Notes: a model not told the origin generated them from the letters alone. A stretch of 24,000 nucleotides of DNA from Clostridium lundense DSM 17049 (GCF_000619945.1 NZ_JHVC01000001.1:579951-603950); one strand, 5' to 3'. Shown: positions 15,363-23,598, counted from the stretch's first letter. Numbers and translations are program-made.

Positions 15363-15394
15363 TTGAAAAGTATTGCACTAAGTAGTACAATACT
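15363..15394 (+). promoter_or_regulatory. Sigma-A-type promoter with an embedded palindromic operator
   Basis: TTGAAA (15363-15368), 17-nt spacer, TACAAT (15386-15391). Imperfect palindrome AGTATTGCACTA-AG-TAGTACAATACT (15369-15394, 11/12 arms) fills the spacer and -10 region. Confidence 0.55.
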
Positions 15395-15462
15395 AATTAC
15401 AACAGGACTAAAATATATTAATGTTTTAGTAGCATTTATACGGGAGAGGGGGAATATTAGAA

Positions 15463-16890
15463 ATGTCAAATGGTACACCAACTAAACAAACTGGAATGAA
15501 AAAAACTCTTTCTCTATGGAATTTTTTTACCATAGGGTTTGGAGCTATTATTGGTACAGGATGGGTTTTATTGGTTGGAGACTGGATGATTATAGGAGGA
15601 GGACCTTTAGCTGCGTTAATTGCATTTATCATAGGTTCAATATTTTTACTTCCTATAGGGGCAGTTTTTGGTGAGTTGACAGCTGCTATTCCTGTTTCTG
15701 GTGGTATAGTGGAATATGTTTCACGTACTTTTGGAAACAAGGCATCATATTTTACTGGATGGTTTCTTGCTTTAGGTAATGGAATTCTTTGTCCCTGGGA
15801 AGCTATTGCTATTTCATCTTTAGCTGGAGAGTTTATTCCTGCGCTTAAGGTCTTCCCATTATATGAAATTATGGGAGCTACAGTATATCTTCCTACTTTA
15901 CTTATAGCAATTGTATTTGCATTTTATGTTATCCAATTAAATTTTAAAGGTGCTTCTGCAGCTGCAAGGCTTCAAGGATTTCTAACGAAATTATTGCTTG
16001 CAGGTATGGTAATTGCTATGGGGGTTTCTTTATTTAGAGGAGGGCCTAGCAATATGCAGCCTCTATATAAAGGAGCAGCTTCAGGTAAAAGCATATGGAT
16101 GGGAATTCTTCCAGTTCTAGTTATGACACCATTTTTTTATGCAGGATTTGATACTATACCACAACAAGCTGAAGAAGCAGCAGAAGGATTGGATTGGAAT
16201 AAGTTTGGTAAAGTTATCAGTATGGCATTACTTGCATCTGGTATATTTTATGTGATTTGTATATATTCATTTGGTACAATAGTTCCTTGGGAACAATTTG
16301 TTACCTATAATATACCTGCTTTAACTATTTTATCAGTAATTGGTCTTAGGGTGTTTTCAAAAGTAATGATGTTTATTGCTATTATGGGACCATTAGGACC
16401 TATGAATTCTTTTTTTGGGGCTACCACTAGGATTTTACTAGCTATGGGTCGTAAAGGACAGTTACCTGAAAAGTTTGGGCAGTTAGATAAAAAGAATGGT
16501 ACTCCAAAAGCTGCTAATACTTTAATGGCAGTTCTCACTATAATAGGTCCATTTTTAGGCAAAAATATGTTAGTACCATTAACCAATGTTAGTTCATTAG
16601 CATTTATATTTGCTTGCTTTATGGTTAGTGCTGCTTGTTTAAGAATGAGGAGGACAGAACCCGATATTCCAAGACCTTATAAGGTTCCAGGAGGAAAAAT
16701 CGGAATATCATTAGCTTGTATTACATCATTTATAATTATAGCATTATTGGTGGTTCCAGGTAGTCCTGCATCTTTAAATAATGTTGAATGGATTGTGGTA
16801 ATTATTTGGTTTTTAATAGGTCTTACATTTATGTTATTTAGAAACAAGAAGGTAGAAAAGATAGAAAATAAAAGTAGTACCTTAAATTAG
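15463..16890 (+). CDS. APC-superfamily amino acid/amine permease
   Basis: 475 aa and about 12 predicted TM helices. N-terminal signature LSLWNFFTIGFGAIIGTGWVLL typical of APC transporters. GGGAGAGGGGG RBS region. Confidence 0.9.
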   Translation: MSNGTPTKQTGMKKTLSLWNFFTIGFGAIIGTGWVLLVGDWMIIGGGPLAALIAFIIGSIFLLPIGAVFGELTAAIPVSGGIVEYVSRTFGNKASYFTGWFLALGNGILCPWEAIAISSLAGEFIPALKVFPLYEIMGATVYLPTLLIAIVFAFYVIQLNFKGASAAARLQGFLTKLLLAGMVIAMGVSLFRGGPSNMQPLYKGAASGKSIWMGILPVLVMTPFFYAGFDTIPQQAEEAAEGLDWNKFGKVISMALLASGIFYVICIYSFGTIVPWEQFVTYNIPALTILSVIGLRVFSKVMMFIAIMGPLGPMNSFFGATTRILLAMGRKGQLPEKFGQLDKKNGTPKAANTLMAVLTIIGPFLGKNMLVPLTNVSSLAFIFACFMVSAACLRMRRTEPDIPRPYKVPGGKIGISLACITSFIIIALLVVPGSPASLNNVEWIVVIIWFLIGLTFMLFRNKKVEKIENKSSTLN

Positions 16891-16949
16891 CTAATAAAAT
16901 ATTTTACAATATTTAAATTAGAATAATTTTAATGTTAGGGGGAAATATC

Positions 16950-18188
16950 ATGGGAAAAATTGCTTTTATAGGTGGTTTATTAATTGACGGTACTGGTAAA
17001 GAACCAGTAGAAAATTCGCTATTACTTGTTAATGACAAAAAAATTGAATACGTTGGTACAATGATAGATGTAGGTGAAGAGTATGAAAAAATTAATATTA
17101 CAGAAAAAACAATTATGCCTGGCTTAATTGATAGTCATCTTCATTTTAGTGGAAATAGAACTGATAATGATTCTGATTGGGTACTTGAACCTGTTATACA
17201 AAAGACAATTGTTGCTGTGGCACAAGCTCGTGAAGCATTGGAACATGGGTTAACTTCTGTAGGTGAAATTTCACGTTCAGGTATATATATTCGAGACATG
17301 ATTGAAGAGGGAGTTATTCCAGGACCACGTGTAGTCACATCTGGTCTTGGTTTTTGTAGAACAGCAGGACATGGAGATTCTCATAGGCTTCCATTAGATT
17401 ATAATAATGCATCTCACCCTTGGGCTGAACGTGTAGATGGTCCTTGGGATTTACGTAAAGCAGTAAGGAGAAGACTTCGTGAAAATCCAGATGCTATTAA
17501 AATATGGTCCACAGGAGGAGGAATATGGAGACATGATGCTAAGGCTGATTCTCATTATTGTTTAGAAGAAATACAAGCAGTTGTTGATGAGTGCAATATG
17601 GTAGGACTGCCTGTTTGGTCACATGCGGAAGGGTACGGAGGGGCATTAGATTCCTGCAAAGCAGGAGTATCTGCCATAATTCATGGGCAAGAATTAAATG
17701 AAGAATGTTTAGAAATAATGAAAGAAAAGGACATTACATTTTGTCCAACTCTTCAATTTTTTTATGAATGGTTTACAGTATACGAACCACCATATAGAGC
17801 AATTCATGATCAGTATCCTGGCAATACAACTGCAGAAAAAGAGCTTAATCGTATAGTTAGTAATTTGCAAAATGCAAATAAAAAAGGTATTAGAATTACA
17901 GTCGGCTCAGATTCTTTCTGTAGTAGCTTAACCCCATACGGTAAATATGCTATTACTGAGATGTATGCACTTAATAAATCAGGTTTAACAGAAATGGAAA
18001 CAATTTTAGCTGCTACTAAAAATGGTGCTGAAATGCTTAGAATAGACGATATTACAGGTACTCTTGAAAAAGGTAAATTTGCAGATATTCTTGTTATTAA
18101 TGGTAATCCACTAAAAGATATTCACAATATTGCTACTGATAAAATGGAAGTTATTATGAAGGAAGGCAATTTTGTTAAAAGAAAATAA
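16950..18188 (+). CDS. Amidohydrolase-superfamily metal-dependent hydrolase (COG1228-like)
   Basis: 412 aa from ATG 16950, with GGGGGA RBS. HxH in PGLIDSHLHF, Lys in AIKIWSTGGG, His in WSHAEG and IIHGQEL, Asp in VGSDS. Probably co-transcribed with the permease (59-nt gap, no terminator). Confidence 0.85.
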   Translation: MGKIAFIGGLLIDGTGKEPVENSLLLVNDKKIEYVGTMIDVGEEYEKINITEKTIMPGLIDSHLHFSGNRTDNDSDWVLEPVIQKTIVAVAQAREALEHGLTSVGEISRSGIYIRDMIEEGVIPGPRVVTSGLGFCRTAGHGDSHRLPLDYNNASHPWAERVDGPWDLRKAVRRRLRENPDAIKIWSTGGGIWRHDAKADSHYCLEEIQAVVDECNMVGLPVWSHAEGYGGALDSCKAGVSAIIHGQELNEECLEIMKEKDITFCPTLQFFYEWFTVYEPPYRAIHDQYPGNTTAEKELNRIVSNLQNANKKGIRITVGSDSFCSSLTPYGKYAITEMYALNKSGLTEMETILAATKNGAEMLRIDDITGTLEKGKFADILVINGNPLKDIHNIATDKMEVIMKEGNFVKRK

Positions 18189-18206
18189 TTAATAGAAAAG
18201 AAGATA

Positions 18207-18247
18207 ATAACTATCAGGCTAAAATAGTCTGATAGTTATATTTTTTA
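18207..18247 (+). terminator. Intrinsic terminator after the amidohydrolase gene
   Basis: Stem ATAACTATCAG (18207-18217) / CTGATAGTTAT (18229-18239) followed by ATTTTTTAT. Confidence 0.85.
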
Positions 18248-18394
18248 TAAAATAAAATTTCCATATAATTATTCTATAAATGAAAACTATAGAAAAAATA
18301 AAATAATTATACAATAATTTTTAAATTATGATACAATAAGAAAGATATATAACAAAATATAGCAATTTATTTACTATGGCAGGAGATGATTAAC

Positions 18395-19801
18395 ATGAAG
18401 GTAATGATAGTTGGTGCCGGAAAATTGGGGTACAAGCTGGCAGAAGCTATGATTAATGAAGACATTTATGTAACATTAGTGGATACCAATCAAAAAGTTT
18501 TAGAGAGGATAAATGATCATTTAGATGTACTCACTATTAATGCAAATGGAATTGATATAGGGGCTCTTAAGGAGCTTAATATAGAAAATTATGATTTGCT
18601 GGTGGCTGCTACACATAGTGATGAAACTAATACTATTATTTGTTCTTTAACTAAAAAAATAGGATGTAAAAAAACTATAGCAAGAATTAGAAACCCCGAA
18701 TACATTGAACAATTGGATTTTATAAAGAATGAAATGGGAATTGATTATATTATTAACCCTGAATTAGCTACAGCTAATGCAATGGAAAAATATTTGTTAA
18801 AAAACTATAGTTTTCACTCTGGAAATTTCGCTAGTGGTAAAGTATCTATGGTAGATTTTAATTTAAATAATGTAAAGGAATTCATTGGAAAGAAAATTGA
18901 AGATATTGAAGATCTTCAAGGGTTATTAATTACAGCTATATATAGAAATAGAAACATAATTATTCCGTATGGATCAACTAAATTAATGGAGAATGATATA
19001 ATTCATGTTATAGGTAAAAGTGACAATATCAGTAGATTAAAGGAAAAATTCAAAATTTGTATAAATAAAAAAAATATAAAAAATGTCATGATTCTTGGTG
19101 GAGGGAAAATAGGATATTACTTAGCTCAAGTATTGATTGTATCTAATATCAATGTGACTATTGTAGAACAAGATAAAAAACGATGCCAGTATTTATCTGA
19201 AAAACTACATAATGCTTTAGTTATTCATGGAGATGGAACAGATATAAATCTTTTAAAAGAGGAAGATTTAGAATCTATGGATGCATTTATAGGAGTTACT
19301 GGATATGATGAGCAGAATTTATTAATGGCGTTAATGGCTAAACAATCGGGTGTGGAGAAGATAATAGCTAAAATAAGCAGACCAAGTTATGTGCATATAA
19401 TAGACAAACTAGGCATAGATGCGGCATTAAATCCTGTAAATATTACTGTAAGCAATATATTAAAGTATATAAGAGGTGGTAAAGTTGTATCAGTTTCGCT
19501 ACTTTTAGGAGAAGAAGGAGAGGTAACGGAGATTATTGTTGATAAGGATTTACCTATTGTAGGGAAACCAATATGTGAATTAGGACTTCCTAAAGGAGTA
19601 ATTATTGGAGCAATTGTACGTGAGGAAGAAGTAATTATTCCTAATGGTGAATCTATAATTTACCCTAATGATAGGGTGATTATTTTTTCTTTAACATCTG
19701 ATGTGCCAGCACTAAAAATGTTTTTTAGACATAAAAAAGGAGGCGTCTTAAGTGAATTATGGAATAGTAATCAAGATGTTAGGAAATATATTGGAAATTG
19801 A
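18395..19801 (+). CDS. trkA: Trk potassium uptake system, NAD-binding subunit TrkA (two RCK modules)
   Basis: Two Rossmann GxGxxG motifs (IVGAGKLG and ILGGGKIG), each followed by a TrkA-C-like segment. ATG 18395 sits 9 nt after AGGAG. The tracked ATG 18386 abuts the RBS. Confidence 0.92.
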   Translation: MKVMIVGAGKLGYKLAEAMINEDIYVTLVDTNQKVLERINDHLDVLTINANGIDIGALKELNIENYDLLVAATHSDETNTIICSLTKKIGCKKTIARIRNPEYIEQLDFIKNEMGIDYIINPELATANAMEKYLLKNYSFHSGNFASGKVSMVDFNLNNVKEFIGKKIEDIEDLQGLLITAIYRNRNIIIPYGSTKLMENDIIHVIGKSDNISRLKEKFKICINKKNIKNVMILGGGKIGYYLAQVLIVSNINVTIVEQDKKRCQYLSEKLHNALVIHGDGTDINLLKEEDLESMDAFIGVTGYDEQNLLMALMAKQSGVEKIIAKISRPSYVHIIDKLGIDAALNPVNITVSNILKYIRGGKVVSVSLLLGEEGEVTEIIVDKDLPIVGKPICELGLPKGVIIGAIVREEEVIIPNGESIIYPNDRVIIFSLTSDVPALKMFFRHKKGGVLSELWNSNQDVRKYIGN

Positions 19802-21224
19802 ATCATTACTTATGGTGCCTTCTTTACTGGTGGCTTTATATTATAATCAATTAGATAAGATTCCTTTAGTAATAAGTATTTTTATAACTGGTATTATAGG
19901 TTTTATTATGACTAAAAAATCTTATAGTAAAAAAGTAATTAAAGTAAAGGAAGGACTAGCAATTGTAACTTTTGGATGGCTTTTAGCATCTTTATTTGGA
20001 GCTTTACCTTTTGTACTTTCAGGAAGTATACCAAACTGGAGTGATGCATTTTTTGAAACAGTGTCTGGATTAACGACTACTGGAGCAACTATAGTAAATA
20101 ATGTAGAGGCTATGCCTAAAGGAATTTTATTTTGGAGGTCATTTACCCATTGGATTGGTGGTATGGGAATACTTGTATTTACTGTTGCTTTTTCAACTAC
20201 TATTGGAGTAGGTGGATTTCAAATATTTAAAGCTGAAAGTCCTGGACCAATAACAGATAAAATTGTACCTAGAATTAAAGATACTGCAAAAATTTTATAT
20301 ACTACTTATTTTGCCATGACTATTTTACAAATAGTCCTACTAATAATTGGTGGTATGTCTTTATTTGAAGCTTCTGTACATACTTTTGGAACAGTAGGTA
20401 CTGGAGGATTTTCTACTAGAAATGCAAGCATAGGTGCTTATGATAATACTTACATTCATATTGTAATTGCAGTATTTATGGTGTTGTCTGGTGTTAATTT
20501 TTCATTATATTATGCTATATTTAAAGGAAAATGGAAAGAAGTTTTAAAAGATGAAGAGTTAAGATTGTATTTGGGGATAGTTTCTTTGGCTGTAATATTT
20601 ATTGCATTAAATATAAATTCAAAAATATATTACAATATAGGGTTATCTTTTAGAGATGCATTTTTCCAAGTAAGCTCCATTATTACTACTACAGGTTATG
20701 CTACAACAAACTTTGATAAATGGCCAACTTTTAGTAAAGGAATTTTGTTTATGCTTATGTTTATTGGTGGATGTGCAGGATCAACAGCTGGAGGAATTAA
20801 AAATATAAGAATACTGGTATTTATAAAATTAATTAAAAGAGAAATATCTAAGATATTTCATCCTAGAGCAATTATACCAATAAAAAATGGAGGAAAAGTG
20901 GTACCCAATGATACCGTTGCAAGTATAACTAGCTTTTTTGTGCTTTATATTATGATATTTGTTTTAGGAACAATAGTTGTTTCGTTAGAAGGGGTTGACA
21001 TTGAAAGTGCAGCAAGTTCTGTAGCTGCAACTTTGGGGAATGTTGGACCAGGTTTTGGATTTGTAGGTCCTACACGAACTTTTAGTGAATATAGTGGATA
21101 TAGCAAGGTGCTATTTTCTGCATTTATGTTATTGGGTAGACTTGAATTGTTTACAATAATTGCATTATGTTCACCTGTTAATTGGAGTAATGGTCGTAAG
21201 AAAGAAAAACTAAATGTTGCCTAA
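19752..21224 (+). CDS. trkH: TrkH/KtrB-family potassium transporter membrane subunit
   Basis: 490 aa. Repeated selectivity-filter-like motifs (SGLTTTGAT, GTVGTGGFS, ITTTGYAT, GGCAGSTAGGIK). GTG start 8 nt after AAAGGAGG. Overlaps the trkA 3' end by 50 nt. Confidence 0.92.
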   Translation: MNYGIVIKMLGNILEIESLLMVPSLLVALYYNQLDKIPLVISIFITGIIGFIMTKKSYSKKVIKVKEGLAIVTFGWLLASLFGALPFVLSGSIPNWSDAFFETVSGLTTTGATIVNNVEAMPKGILFWRSFTHWIGGMGILVFTVAFSTTIGVGGFQIFKAESPGPITDKIVPRIKDTAKILYTTYFAMTILQIVLLIIGGMSLFEASVHTFGTVGTGGFSTRNASIGAYDNTYIHIVIAVFMVLSGVNFSLYYAIFKGKWKEVLKDEELRLYLGIVSLAVIFIALNINSKIYYNIGLSFRDAFFQVSSIITTTGYATTNFDKWPTFSKGILFMLMFIGGCAGSTAGGIKNIRILVFIKLIKREISKIFHPRAIIPIKNGGKVVPNDTVASITSFFVLYIMIFVLGTIVVSLEGVDIESAASSVAATLGNVGPGFGFVGPTRTFSEYSGYSKVLFSAFMLLGRLELFTIIALCSPVNWSNGRKKEKLNVA

Positions 21225-21380
21225 TAACAAGCATATATAAAGAAATATTAAAGAAAAAAATATTTTAATAAATTAATTATTTTATGATAGTTAAAATTTT
21301 AGCATTGGATGGTATAAAATTTTAAAATTTTGGGGACATTAAAAAAAGTTTATAAAACAACAAGGAGTAGTGTTTTAAAT

Positions 21381-21563
21381 ATGGAATTATATATTTATTT
21401 AAAAGGACAAAAGGAGCCAGTTGTGTATAGTGGAGACAGAATTGATGTTTTAGATTTCCAAATGAATAAAATTAAATATAAGCAAATAAGATGTTTTAAA
21501 AAAGGATTTAGTAAAAGTGAACTTGTAGAAGAATCTATAATAAATAAAATAGTAGAAATGTGA
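21381..21563 (+). CDS. Hypothetical small protein (60 aa, or 77 aa from TTG 21330)
   Basis: ORF followed by a good terminator. AAGGAG lies 13 nt upstream of ATG 21381, which is long spacing. TTG 21330 has no RBS. No motif recognised. Confidence 0.4.
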   Translation: MELYIYLKGQKEPVVYSGDRIDVLDFQMNKIKYKQIRCFKKGFSKSELVEESIINKIVEM

Positions 21564-21570
21564 TATAATG

Positions 21571-21605
21571 GCATCTAATCATTTAGATTAGATGCTGTTT
21601 TTTAG
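21571..21605 (+). terminator. Intrinsic terminator
   Basis: Stem GCATCTAATC (21571-21580) / GATTAGATGC (21586-21595) followed by TGTTTTTTAG. Confidence 0.8.
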
Positions 21606-21775
21606 ATTTTAATTGTTAATTATATTACATTAACTGTCAAATTAAAAGTATATATGGTACTTTTAAAAATAGTTTCCAAGCCTTCCTCCAATTCCACAAC
21701 ATATAATTTCAGTTATAGGTAAAACTTATAATACAAAACAAAATAAATTAAAAAATTTGATAGGAGGAATTCACT

Positions 21776-21970
21776 ATGGCAAACAGAAGTAATAGAGTAT
21801 TAGTTCCAGAAGCTAAAGAAGGGTTAAATAAATTTAAAATGGAATCAGCAAGAGAAGTAGGAGTTAACTTAACAGATGGATATAATGGAAATCTTACTTC
21901 AAGAGAAGCTGGATCAGTAGGTGGAAACATGGTTAAGAAAATGGTTGAATCCTACGAAAGAAATTTATAA
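21776..21970 (+). CDS. Alpha/beta-type small acid-soluble spore protein (SASP)
   Basis: 64 aa. Matches the family pattern LVPEAKEGLNKFKMESAREVGV...SREAGSVGGNMVKKMVE, including the GPR-cleavage-like ME-SARE region. AGGAGG RBS. Confidence 0.93.
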   Translation: MANRSNRVLVPEAKEGLNKFKMESAREVGVNLTDGYNGNLTSREAGSVGGNMVKKMVESYERNL

Positions 21971-21978
21971 AAATTAAT

Positions 21979-22011
21979 AAATAAGCTCAGGTAACTGGGC
22001 TTATTTATTTT
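21979..22011 (+). terminator. Intrinsic terminator after the SASP gene
   Basis: Stem AAATAAGCTCAG / CTGGGCTTATTT (one G-T wobble) followed by ATTTTG. Confidence 0.7.
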
Positions 22012-22046
22012 GAATTATTCAAATAAAATAGTAGGAGGAAACCTGT

Positions 22047-22238
22047 ATGGGGATTATGGGAAAAAACCATTTCTATAATTTAAATACATCTAATTACAGA
22101 AAAAGTTTAAATAAAGTTAAAAATGAATTTGCTAAAGAAATTTCTAATAAAGATGAAAATAATATGTCAGAAAAATTAGAAAGTAAGCTTAAAAGTATGA
22201 TAAAGCCCTTTGAAAGAAAAACAAAAGATAGAGACTAA
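22047..22238 (+). CDS. Hypothetical small Lys/Asn/Glu-rich protein (63 aa)
   Basis: AGGAGG sits 8 nt upstream of ATG 22047. Hydrophilic with no TM. Its own terminator overlaps the 3' end. Confidence 0.55.
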   Translation: MGIMGKNHFYNLNTSNYRKSLNKVKNEFAKEISNKDENNMSEKLESKLKSMIKPFERKTKDRD

Positions 22239-22265
22239 TAGTATACCTCTATCTTTTGTTTTTTC
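22220..22265 (+). terminator. Intrinsic terminator
   Basis: 14-bp stem AACAAAAGATAGAG (22220-22233) / CTCTATCTTTTGTT (22247-22260) followed by a T run. Confidence 0.8.
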
Positions 22266-22357
22266 AATTTAAATAAAGTATAAAAACTAAATTAATTATA
22301 TAATCTTTAGATAAAAAAGTGTAGACTAATGTTTTCAAATATTTGTTTAGAAAAGAG

Positions 22358-22392
22358 AAGAATGCTAATAAACATATGCTATTAGCATTCTT
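22358..22392 (-). terminator. Hairpin downstream of the minus-strand repeat-protein gene
   Basis: 13-bp stem AAGAATGCTAATA (22358-22370) / TATTAGCATTCTT (22380-22392). On the - strand it is followed by CTCTTTTCT. Confidence 0.6.
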
Positions 22393-22430
22393 TAATTAGG
22401 TAAATGTAAATAATCTAAAACTTATTTATA

Positions 22431-23033
22431 TTATCTCCACCACCATGGTCTACCATAGTAATGGTGATAATATGGATAGTATGGGTAATATGGATAGTAT
22501 GGATAGTATGGTCTATTATGGTGACCATAATAATCATGATAATCATGACCATGACTATAATAAGGAGAACGATCAAATGTCATATCATCAAGATCGTCAA
22601 AGTTATCATTATCATCACTATCATTTCTATATTTATAGCATGGATCCTTACATTTTTTATCAAGTTTATATTCAGCTGGAGATACCTGAGACGGCATCTG
22701 GCAAGGCATCATTTCAGCTGGAGATACTTGAGAAGGCATCTGGCAAATTGGGCATGATGGCATCATCTGTGGAGCCATCATTTCAGCCGGAGATACCTGA
22801 GACGGCGCTTGGTATGGCATCATTTGCGAGGGCGCAGTTTGCATAGGCATCATTGGATAATAGGGCATCATTGGGCAGCAGCACATGTAAGGCATTTCCC
22901 AAGGTCTTTCCTCATGACAATGATCGTGATCATGGTCATGATGGTGTTTATGTTTGCCACGTGCGGCATCATCTAGATTTTCAGTAACATTATCATTGAT
23001 AATTTCATCAGAGTCTACAGTTCTAAAGTACAT
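22431..23033 (-). CDS. His/Cys/Met/Pro/Tyr-rich tandem-repeat protein (200 aa). Candidate spore coat/exosporium and/or metal-binding protein.
   Basis: GGAGG sits 7 nt upstream of the ATG on the - strand. No signal peptide or TM. Contains HKHHHDHDHDHCH, CCC, three (A/M)PSQVSPAE units, acidic DSDDNDNFDDLDD, HGHDYHDYYGHH and five PYY units, and ends GRPWWWR. Terminator hairpin downstream. Confidence 0.75.
   Translation of the reverse strand: MYFRTVDSDEIINDNVTENLDDAARGKHKHHHDHDHDHCHEERPWEMPYMCCCPMMPYYPMMPMQTAPSQMMPYQAPSQVSPAEMMAPQMMPSCPICQMPSQVSPAEMMPCQMPSQVSPAEYKLDKKCKDPCYKYRNDSDDNDNFDDLDDMTFDRSPYYSHGHDYHDYYGHHNRPYYPYYPYYPYYPYYHHYYGRPWWWR
22467..22511 (-). repeat. Five tandem 9-nt units encoding PYY
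   Basis: The + strand reads (ATA/GTA)(ATA/GTA)TGG x5. The minus-strand codons are CCA TAY TAY. Confidence 0.8.
22671..22814 (-). repeat. Three 33-nt intragenic direct repeats encoding (C)QMPSQVSPAE(M)
   Basis: TTCAGCTGGAGATACCTGAGACGGCATCTGGCA (22671-22703), TTCAGCTGGAGATACTTGAGAAGGCATCTGGCA (22713-22745) and TTCAGCCGGAGATACCTGAGACGGCGCTTGGTA (22782-22814). Confidence 0.85.
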
Positions 23034-23227
23034 TAATATACCTCCATAAAACTTAACTATACTACTATTATATTAACAACTAAAAAAAAGGTTACTACAA
23101 TTTTGAAAAAATTTACTATATTTTACAATGGTTTTCTAATGTAACTTGATGATATAAAAAATTAAGATTAAATAATTTAGTTATGGAAATTATATAAAGT
23201 ATAAATATGATATAGGGAGGAATAAGT

Positions 23228-23419
23228 ATGAAGATTAAGGAAGGCGTTATACCTACAACATTAGGTACCATAGTAACAGCAGGTGCACTTGTTGCAAGAG
23301 CAAGGGATGGAAGAGCAATGAAGAGAAAAGACATGGTTCCTATGGTAGAGACCGCAATTATAGGTTTTGGCTTAGCACATATTGTATTAGGAGCTATAGA
23401 CTTAATACAGGATAGATAA
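23228..23419 (+). CDS. Small hypothetical membrane protein (63 aa, two hydrophobic segments)
   Basis: GGGAGG RBS. Hydrophobic stretches VIPTTLGTIVTAGALVA and VETAIIGFGLAHIVLGAI are separated by the basic loop RARDGRAMKRKD. Confidence 0.6.
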   Translation: MKIKEGVIPTTLGTIVTAGALVARARDGRAMKRKDMVPMVETAIIGFGLAHIVLGAIDLIQDR

Positions 23420-23448
23420 TTTTAATTGATTTAATGGAGGATATTGTT

Positions 23449-23559
23449 ATGTCAAAGGGGAATAAAACTGGAAACAATAAAAGTAAAGTTAATAGTAGTA
23501 CAAAAAGAACTGAAGTAAGCAATGTTCAGGATAAAAATAGTAAGAACAGAGATAAGTGA
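23449..23559 (+). CDS. Unlisted 36-codon ORF encoding a Lys/Asn/Ser-rich peptide
   Basis: ATG 23449 lies 8 nt after GGAGG. Translation is MSKGNKTGNNKSKVNSSTKRTEVSNVQDKNSKNRDK. Stop TGA at 23557-23559 is followed immediately by a strong terminator. Below the 60-aa ORF-track cutoff. Confidence 0.45.
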   Translation: MSKGNKTGNNKSKVNSSTKRTEVSNVQDKNSKNRDK

Positions 23560-23560
23560 T

Positions 23561-23598
23561 AAAACAGAGCCTTTATACAGGGCTCTGTTTTATTTTGT
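23561..23598 (+). terminator. Intrinsic terminator
   Basis: Stem AAAACAGAGCC (23561-23571) / GGCTCTGTTTT (23581-23591) followed by ATTTTGTTTTT. Confidence 0.85.

Noticed and set aside
14753-17338. Four minus-strand ORFs (14753-14980, 15426-15740, 16305-16586, 17141-17338) inside add, the permease and the amidohydrolase
   Set aside because: All are antisense to motif-supported genes, lack RBSs and have shadow-ORF composition.
18248-18394. Possible c-di-AMP (ydaO/kimA-type) riboswitch upstream of trkA
   Set aside because: The 150-nt leader is almost pure A/T, with no G/C-rich helices or pseudo-two-fold architecture. Nothing supports a structured RNA.
21650-21775. Forespore (sigma-G/F) promoter upstream of the SASP, and sigma-E/K promoter upstream of the repeat protein (23034-23130)
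   Set aside because: I could not find convincing GnATR-N17/18-CATnnTA or AC-N16/17-CATAnnnTA matches by eye. These calls need matrix scans or 5' end mapping, so no promoter is reported.
21748-21930. 60-aa minus-strand ORF overlapping the SASP gene
   Set aside because: The + strand frame matches the alpha/beta SASP family closely, so the antisense frame is a by-product.
22445-22846. Two + strand ORFs (133 aa and 98 aa) within the repeat-protein locus
   Set aside because: These frames are kept open by the repetitive, stop-poor sequence. They have no RBS. The minus-strand frame has an RBS, an ATG, a terminator and coherent peptide repeats.
23116-23334. 72-aa minus-strand ORF overlapping the start of the 63-aa membrane protein gene
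   Set aside because: It has no RBS, overlaps an RBS-supported + strand gene and the divergent promoter region, and has hydrophobic shadow composition.
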